Source: Pseudolabrys sp. | Lineage (GTDB): Bacteria; Pseudomonadota; Alphaproteobacteria; Rhizobiales; Xanthobacteraceae | Reading direction: 5' to 3' | NCBI GenBank assembly: GCA_035648555.1 | Contig: DASRLF010000020.1 | Span: 2,606 to 66,605, forward strand | DNA length: 64,000 nucleotides | Shown here: positions 58,338 through 64,000 of the stretch, one piece after another | How positions within the stretch are numbered: the stretch's first letter is position 1 | Layout of the letters: each line of letters begins with the position of its first letter | Position numbers and translations under genes: made by a program | The notes under the pieces: generated by a model | Database searches by the model: none | What the model saw: only the letters and a program-made list of their open reading frames with translations | What the model was told of the DNA's origin: nothing

Positions 58338-58421
58338 GTCTCAAAACTCCGCCATGCCGGACCATTCCAAGCATCACGGCGGATCAACGCCGGGCGACAA
58401 AAAACCAAAAACCGGGAGGAC

Positions 58422-59408
58422 ATGATGCCGATTTCACGCCGCACGCTGATCGCCACGCTCGGCCTCGGCTCGACGCTCGGCCTGTTGCCGCGCTCGGCCT
58501 TTGCCGCCTATCCGGATCGGCCGATCCATCTGATCGTGCCGTTCGCGCCCGGCGGCAACGCCGACATCGTCGGCCGCATCGTCGGCGAACGGATGAGCGA
58601 CGCGCTCGGCCAGCCGGTGGTGGTCGATAACCGCGGCGGCGCCGGCGGCAGCATCGGCGCCGAGGTGGTGGCGCGCGCCACGCCCGACGGCTACACGCTG
58701 CTCGTCGGCTCGAACGGGCCGCTCACGGTCAATCCGTTCGTGCAGGCCAAGCTCGGCTACGATCCGCTGAAAGATTTCGCGGCGGTGGCGCTGACCAGCT
58801 ACGTGCCGCACGTGATCATCGTCAACGACAAGGTCGAGGCCAAGACGCTACCGGAATTCATCGAATTGTCGAAGAAGGCGCCGATCAACGTCGCCACCAG
58901 CGGCGTCGGCAGCGCCTCGCACATGACGCTCGAGCGCTTCAAGGCGGCGACCGGCGCGCAGATCACGCATATCCCCTACAAGAGCGGCGGCCAGCTGATG
59001 CCGGATCTGATCGGCGGCAATATCCAGGCGGCGATGACGGAATTTTCCACCGCGCTGCCGCAGCACAAAGGCGGCAAGGCGCGCATCATCGCGGTGGCCG
59101 CGGCCAAGCGCTCGCAGCTGGCGCCCGAGATTCCGACCTTCATCGAGGGCGGCGTCAAGGGTTTCACCGCCGCGAGCTATATCGGCATCGTGGCGCCGGC
59201 GGCGACCCCGCCTGCGATCCTCGCGCAATTGCAGCAGGCGGTGGTCAAAGGGCTGAGTGGAGGTCCGGCGCCCGACAAGTTACGCGGCATGGGCTCGGAA
59301 ATCGCCACGCCCGAGGAAATGACCTCCGCCGGCTTTGCCGTCTACATCCACACCGAGTTCGAGCACATGCGCGAAGCCGCCAAGCTCGCCGGCATCGTGC
59401 CGACATGA
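58422..59408 (+). CDS. Bug/TctC substrate-binding protein (Tat-like signal, RRTL)
   Basis: YPDRPIHLIVPFAPGG, VVDNRGGAGG, TPDGYTLL, HIPYKSGG. Confidence 0.93.
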   Translation: MMPISRRTLIATLGLGSTLGLLPRSAFAAYPDRPIHLIVPFAPGGNADIVGRIVGERMSDALGQPVVVDNRGGAGGSIGAEVVARATPDGYTLLVGSNGPLTVNPFVQAKLGYDPLKDFAAVALTSYVPHVIIVNDKVEAKTLPEFIELSKKAPINVATSGVGSASHMTLERFKAATGAQITHIPYKSGGQLMPDLIGGNIQAAMTEFSTALPQHKGGKARIIAVAAAKRSQLAPEIPTFIEGGVKGFTAASYIGIVAPAATPPAILAQLQQAVVKGLSGGPAPDKLRGMGSEIATPEEMTSAGFAVYIHTEFEHMREAAKLAGIVPT

Positions 59409-60250
59409 GCGGCGCGCTGCCGCAAGGCGCCTGCGATTGTCATTGCCATGTGTTCGGACCAGCGGCGCGCTTTCCTTACGCCGAGCCGCGCAGCTACACA
59501 CCCGACGACGCGCCGCTCGAAGCCTACCTCATGCTGCTCGAACTGCTCGGCTTCGAGCGCGGCGTGCTGGTGCAGCCTTCCGCCTATGGCCGCGACAACA
59601 CCGCGATGCTCGACGCGCTGACGCGTGAGCCAAAAATGCTGCGTGGTGTCGCGGTCGGCGGCGCGGAGTTGACGCCCGCCACGCTCAAGCAATGGCACGC
59701 CGCGGGAGTGCGCGGCTTGCGCGCCAACGAATTCCGCCGCGACGGCAAGCCCTATTATCAGAACGGCGTGACTTTAAAGGAAATCGAGCCGCTGCTGCCG
59801 CAACTCGCCGAGCTCGGCTGGCATTTGCAATTGTGGGTCGACGCGCGCGACCTGTCCGACATGGCGAGCGCGCTGGCGCGTGTGCCGGTGCCGGTGGTGG
59901 TCGATCACATGGGGCGGCTCGAGCATCATCACGGCATCAACAATGCCGGCTTCCAGGCGCTGCTGCGCGGCGTCGGCGACGGCAAATTGTGGGCGAAACT
60001 TTCCGGCACCTACCGGCTGGGCGCGACGGCGCCCGATTACGCGCAAGCCCGCCCGTTCCACGACGCGCTGGTCGCGGCCAATCCGGCGAATTTGGTCTGG
60101 GGCACCGACTGGCCGCATCCGCGGCCCGAAGGTCCGGTGCCGGACGCGGGCCGACTGCTGGCGGTGTTTCTCGATTGGACCAAAGGTCCGGCGCGCCAAG
60201 CCGTCCTCACCGATAATCCGGCGCGACTGTATGATTTCCCGGCCGCCTAG
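59405..60250 (+). CDS. Amidohydrolase, 2-pyrone-4,6-dicarboxylate lactonase (LigI)-like family
   Basis: DCHCHVFG, VLVQPSAYGRDN, VVDHMG, KLSGTYR, WGTDWPH. Confidence 0.85.
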   Translation: MSGALPQGACDCHCHVFGPAARFPYAEPRSYTPDDAPLEAYLMLLELLGFERGVLVQPSAYGRDNTAMLDALTREPKMLRGVAVGGAELTPATLKQWHAAGVRGLRANEFRRDGKPYYQNGVTLKEIEPLLPQLAELGWHLQLWVDARDLSDMASALARVPVPVVVDHMGRLEHHHGINNAGFQALLRGVGDGKLWAKLSGTYRLGATAPDYAQARPFHDALVAANPANLVWGTDWPHPRPEGPVPDAGRLLAVFLDWTKGPARQAVLTDNPARLYDFPAA

Positions 60251-60726
60251 GCCGCGCGCGGATCGGTCTTGGCGCGCGGCTCAGGTACATAATTCTCGCC
60301 GAGCTGCATCATCTCGCGCGGCTTGACCATGATCGACATCAGCCGGTCGCGCAGCGCCTTGGGCGAGGTCGGCTTGACCAGATATTCATGCACGCCGGCC
60401 TGCAGCGCCTCGCGTACCGACGAGCGGTGGGCGCGGTCGGTCAACATGATGATCGGTATATTGGGGCGCGGAAACACGCCGGGCGAGCGCACGATGCGCA
60501 TCAGCTCCATGCCATCGAGCAGCGGCACGTCCCATTCGAGCAGCACGACATCCGGGTTGCAGTCGCGGATCGCGTCGAGCGCGGCAAGACCGTCGGCGGC
60601 TTCGGTCACCGACCGGGCGCCCAGATTCATCAGCATCATGCGCGTGAGCCGGCGCATGAAGGAATTGCCGTCGACAATCAGGATGTCGAGGCCCTGAATC
60701 AAAGTCTCAAGCGGCTTGTCTTGCAT
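60247..60726 (-). CDS. Stand-alone response regulator receiver protein
   Basis: ILIVDGN, DVVLLEW (phospho-acceptor position appears to be E), PIIMLT, EYLVKP. Confidence 0.85.
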   Translation of the reverse strand: MQDKPLETLIQGLDILIVDGNSFMRRLTRMMLMNLGARSVTEAADGLAALDAIRDCNPDVVLLEWDVPLLDGMELMRIVRSPGVFPRPNIPIIMLTDRAHRSSVREALQAGVHEYLVKPTSPKALRDRLMSIMVKPREMMQLGENYVPEPRAKTDPRAA

Positions 60727-60914
60727 GGCTTCCCGGGGAGGAATTGGCGTTTAGACTGGGCGGAATCTATTCAAAAAGTCTGGATTTTTGCCAAACCCAA
60801 TCGTTCAAATTTTCTGCATTGCGGCTGGCGGGCCGCGAAACCGCCCCCAAATAAAACGCCCAGGCATAGCCGTTCAGGCAAAATTCACTCTATCCGCAGC
60901 GAGGCCAAGCGCCC

Positions 60915-61274
60915 ATGAAAGTCCCCGGTCCCGACCATCCGATCAGCATTGCGCGCAACCCCAAGCGCGTGCGCGTCAGCTTCGCCGGCACGACGATTGC
61001 CGACACCACGCAGGCGCTGACGCTCAAGGAAGCGAGCTACCCGGCGGTCCATTATATCCCGCGCGCCGACACCAACATGAACCTGCTCAAGGCCAGGGCG
61101 CATGCCAGCCATTGCCCCTACAAAGGCGACGCCAGTTATTTTTCGATCGAGGCGGATGGCCGCACGGCCGAAAACGCCGTGTGGAGTTACCAGCGGCCGT
61201 TTCCGGCGATGGCGGAGATCAAGGACTATCTGGCGTTCTATCCCAGCCGCGTCGACAAGATTGAAGAAGGCTAG
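60915..61274 (+). CDS. DUF427 family protein
   Basis: LKEASYPAVHYIPR, SHCPYKGDASYF, NAVWSY..P. Confidence 0.9.
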   Translation: MKVPGPDHPISIARNPKRVRVSFAGTTIADTTQALTLKEASYPAVHYIPRADTNMNLLKARAHASHCPYKGDASYFSIEADGRTAENAVWSYQRPFPAMAEIKDYLAFYPSRVDKIEEG

Positions 61275-62242
61275 TGCATGCGCGGGGCTTTAAGAAACTT
61301 CTGCCGGTCGGACGAATTCACCCGCACGTCGAAGGTGATGCCCTCGCGGTAGAGCGTCAGCGGCACTTCGACGCCGGCTTGGCCGAGCGCCCAGACCTTG
61401 CGGTAGAACGAGGCAAGCGTCGAAACGGTCTCACCTTTGACCGCCAGGACCACGTCGCCGGTTTTAAGTTCGGCGCGCGCCGCCGGGCCCTTGGGCGCGA
61501 TGCCGACGGCGACGATCTTGTCTTCGATTTCGGTCGAATAGAGCCCGAGCCAGGGCCGCGCCGGCTTGTTGACGCGGCCGAACTTGCGCAGGTCGTCGAG
61601 AATGGGCGCCAGCAGGTCGATCGGCACCACCATGTTGAGATGCTCGTTTTTGCCCTCGCGCGCGCGCTCGAGCTGGAGCGAGCCGACACCGATCAATTCG
61701 CCTTGCGCTGAGATCAAGGCCGTGCCGCCCCAATTGGGATGCGCAGGCGAGGTGAAGATCGCCTCGTCGAGCACGTATTCCCAATAGCCGGCGAATTCCT
61801 GACGCGCCGCGATGCGGCCCGCCAGCGAGCGGGTGCGCCCGCCGGCGCCGCCGATGACGACGCGTTCGCCGATGTCGACGGCGGCCGAGGAGCCGATCGG
61901 CAGCACCGGCAGATCGAGTTTGCCCAGCACCTGCACCAGGCCGAAACCGGTCTCCTGGTCGAAGCCGAGCGCGTGGCCTTCCGCCACGCGGCCGTCACCA
62001 AGGTGCAGCCAGACGGTCGCGGCCTCGGTGATAAGATAGCCGACGGTGAGCACCAGGCCGTTGTCAATCAGCACGCCATTGCCGGCGCGCTCGACGCCCA
62101 GGGTTTCGGCGGTGAAGCCGTCGGGCGGGATGATCGAATGCAGCCCGACCACCGAGGACAGCGCGCGCTCGAGATCGTAACTATAGTCCTCGGCGCGCGG
62201 CTGCGCGGAGGGTGGCACCTTCCATTCGATCAACGCGGCCAT
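61271..62242 (-). CDS. HtrA/S1C trypsin-fold plus PDZ protein lacking the catalytic triad
   Basis: Fold motifs GNGVLID..LVLT, GELIGV, PWLG, GPAARAELKTGDV; triad positions read Y/G/W. Confidence 0.8.
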   Translation of the reverse strand: MAALIEWKVPPSAQPRAEDYSYDLERALSSVVGLHSIIPPDGFTAETLGVERAGNGVLIDNGLVLTVGYLITEAATVWLHLGDGRVAEGHALGFDQETGFGLVQVLGKLDLPVLPIGSSAAVDIGERVVIGGAGGRTRSLAGRIAARQEFAGYWEYVLDEAIFTSPAHPNWGGTALISAQGELIGVGSLQLERAREGKNEHLNMVVPIDLLAPILDDLRKFGRVNKPARPWLGLYSTEIEDKIVAVGIAPKGPAARAELKTGDVVLAVKGETVSTLASFYRKVWALGQAGVEVPLTLYREGITFDVRVNSSDRQKFLKAPRMH

Positions 62243-62322
62243 GGGATCTCCGATGATGCAATCTATCATACGCATCTGGACGCGGGCGGGAAGATGGCGT
62301 CCGGCATGATAGAGTCCCCGCC

Positions 62323-63324
62323 ATGACCCCGTTGTCCATCCTCGACCTCTCGCCGGTATCGGCCGGCTCAACCGGCGCGCAGGCGATCCGCAATTCGCTC
62401 GACCTGGCGCGGCTCGCCGACGGGCTGGGCTATGTGCGCTATTGGGTGGCCGAGCATCACAATCTGCCGTCGATCGCCAGTTCCGCCCCCGACATCATGA
62501 TCGGGCAAATTGCCGCGATTACTAAAAATATGCGCATCGGCTCCGGCGGCGTGATGCTGCCCAACCACGCGCCGTTGATGGTGGCCGAGCGCTTCAAGGT
62601 GTTAGAGGCGCTGTTCCCCGGCCGCATCGATTTGGGGCTGGGCCGCGCGCCGGGCACCGATCCGGCAACGTCCTATGCGCTGCGCCGCCGCCAGGGCGTC
62701 GCCGACGAAGACGACTTCCTCGAGCGGTTTCAGGAACTGATGCTGCTGGAGAACCGCGGATTTCCCGTGGGTCATCCGTTCCATAATGTGCGGGCGATGC
62801 CTTCGGATGTCGCGCTGCCGCCGATTTATCTGCTCGGTTCGTCCGACTATTCCGCGCAACTGGCCGGGCAGATCGGCGCCGCCTTTGCCTTCGCGCATCA
62901 CTTCGCGACTTTCCCCGCCGACGAGGCGATGCGGCTTTATCGCGACAGTTTTCGCCCCTCGGCGTCGCACGCCAAACCGTTCGCAATTTTAGGGACTCAC
63001 GTGGTGTGCGCCGACAGCGATGAGGAGGCCGACCGGCTCGCCAAAACGGTCGATCTCAATATCGTGCGCCGCGCCAAGGGCGAATATCTGCCGCTGGCTT
63101 CGCCGGATGACGCAGCCGCTTACGACTACTCGCCCGCCGACCGCGCGCGCATCGCGCAGAACCGCACCAAGCTGTCGATCGGCGCGCCGGCGACGGTGAA
63201 GGCCCGGCTCAAGCCGCTAATCGAGGCGACCAAAGCCGACGAGGTGATGGTGACGACCATGATTTTCAGCCACGAAGCACGCAAGCACTCCTATGAGTTA
63301 CTGGCGCAGGCGTTTGCCAGCTAG
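62323..63324 (+). CDS. LLM-class (luciferase-like) flavin-dependent monooxygenase
   Basis: RYWVAEHH, RIGSGGVMLPNH, FPGRIDLGLGRAPG, LLGSS. Confidence 0.92.
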   Translation: MTPLSILDLSPVSAGSTGAQAIRNSLDLARLADGLGYVRYWVAEHHNLPSIASSAPDIMIGQIAAITKNMRIGSGGVMLPNHAPLMVAERFKVLEALFPGRIDLGLGRAPGTDPATSYALRRRQGVADEDDFLERFQELMLLENRGFPVGHPFHNVRAMPSDVALPPIYLLGSSDYSAQLAGQIGAAFAFAHHFATFPADEAMRLYRDSFRPSASHAKPFAILGTHVVCADSDEEADRLAKTVDLNIVRRAKGEYLPLASPDDAAAYDYSPADRARIAQNRTKLSIGAPATVKARLKPLIEATKADEVMVTTMIFSHEARKHSYELLAQAFAS

Positions 63325-63397
63325 CTGGTTTGCCCGCCAGCCGCCGTGCTAGAAACCGCGCGGGCGTATTTCTTGACAGCGTTTAAGGGAGGCTTCC

Positions 63398-64000
63398 TTG
63401 GGTAAGCAGTTCAAACTCACCACCACCGACAAACATTCGCTCGGCGCCTATCGCGCCGATCCGCAGGGCACGCCGAAGGGCGGCATCGTCGTGGTGCAAG
63501 AGATTTTCGGCGTCAACCACCACATCCGCGCGGTGTGCGACCGGCTGGCGGCGCTCGGCTATGTAGCGGTGGCGCCGGCGGTGTTCGACCGCTTCGTGCG
63601 CGATTTCGAAAGCGGCTATACGCCCGACGAGATCGCCAATGCGCGCAGCTATCTCGGCAATCTCAACTGGGACCACATGATGGCCGACATCGCGGCCGCG
63701 CAAGACGACCTCAAGGGCGTCGGGCCCCTTGGTGTAATTGGATTTTGCATGGGCGGCACCGCGGCATTTCTGGCTGCCTGCCGGTTGCCCGGCCTCTCAG
63801 CAGCGGTAGCCTATTACGGCGGCATGATCGGCAAGTTCGCCGACGAGAAGCCGAAATGCCCGTTGCAGATGAACTTCGGCGAAAAGGACGAAGGCATCCC
63901 GATGAGCGTGGTGGACGAAATCAAGAAGAAGCAGTCGCAGGCCGAGACCTATGTTTATCCAGGCGCCGCGCACGGCTTTTATTGCGACGAGCGCGCCAGC
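63398..64000 (+). CDS. Dienelactone hydrolase family protein, partial (runs off the right edge; not in ORF track)
   Basis: Manual translation from TTG 63398 after AGGGAGG: MGKQFKLTT...VVVQEIFGVNHHIR...VIGFCMGG...YYGG...HGF. Confidence 0.9.
   Translation, partial: MGKQFKLTTTDKHSLGAYRADPQGTPKGGIVVVQEIFGVNHHIRAVCDRLAALGYVAVAPAVFDRFVRDFESGYTPDEIANARSYLGNLNWDHMMADIAAAQDDLKGVGPLGVIGFCMGGTAAFLAACRLPGLSAAVAYYGGMIGKFADEKPKCPLQMNFGEKDEGIPMSVVDEIKKKQSQAETYVYPGAAHGFYCDERAS

Overview
High-GC chromosomal window from an alphaproteobacterium. Gene content and repeat types suggest Hyphomicrobiales (Xanthobacteraceae/Nitrobacteraceae-like); this is an inference. Housekeeping anchors are atpH/atpA (left edge), mutS, glnD, a PBP1A, phaZ, mmcB-mtnA, gcdH, HU and tRNA-Arg(CCG). 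Between them lie large catabolic blocks. (1) 1943-12959, minus strand: an apparent operon of an HTH-methyltransferase fusion, a MetF-like reductase, FIVE tandem half-size cobalamin-independent methionine-synthase-like (MetE catalytic barrel) paralogs, then a MaoC hydratase, an acyl-CoA dehydrogenase and a CoA-transferase. Its promoter region is packed with GTGGG boxes and palindromes. (2) pcaIJFHG, divergent from a hydroxycinnamate-type DUF3237-ech-fcs-SDR-thioesterase operon, followed by a MarR regulator, a TRAP transporter, iorAB, a TPP enzyme and an amidohydrolase. Three related 20-bp palindromes link these units into one putative regulon. (3) 55.9-58.3 kb, rich in non-coding signals: a ~390-nt candidate structured RNA with its own sigma70-like promoter, a REP-doublet element, and a nitrilase gene bracketed by two identical 31-bp copies of the tRNA-Arg promoter. 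No integrase, transposase, prophage or CRISPR array was seen. The strongest candidates for undescribed biology are the MetE-core array with its SahR-like regulator, the structured RNA and the promoter-duplication nitrilase cassette. All functional proposals are hypotheses from sequence reading alone; no searches or folding programs were run.
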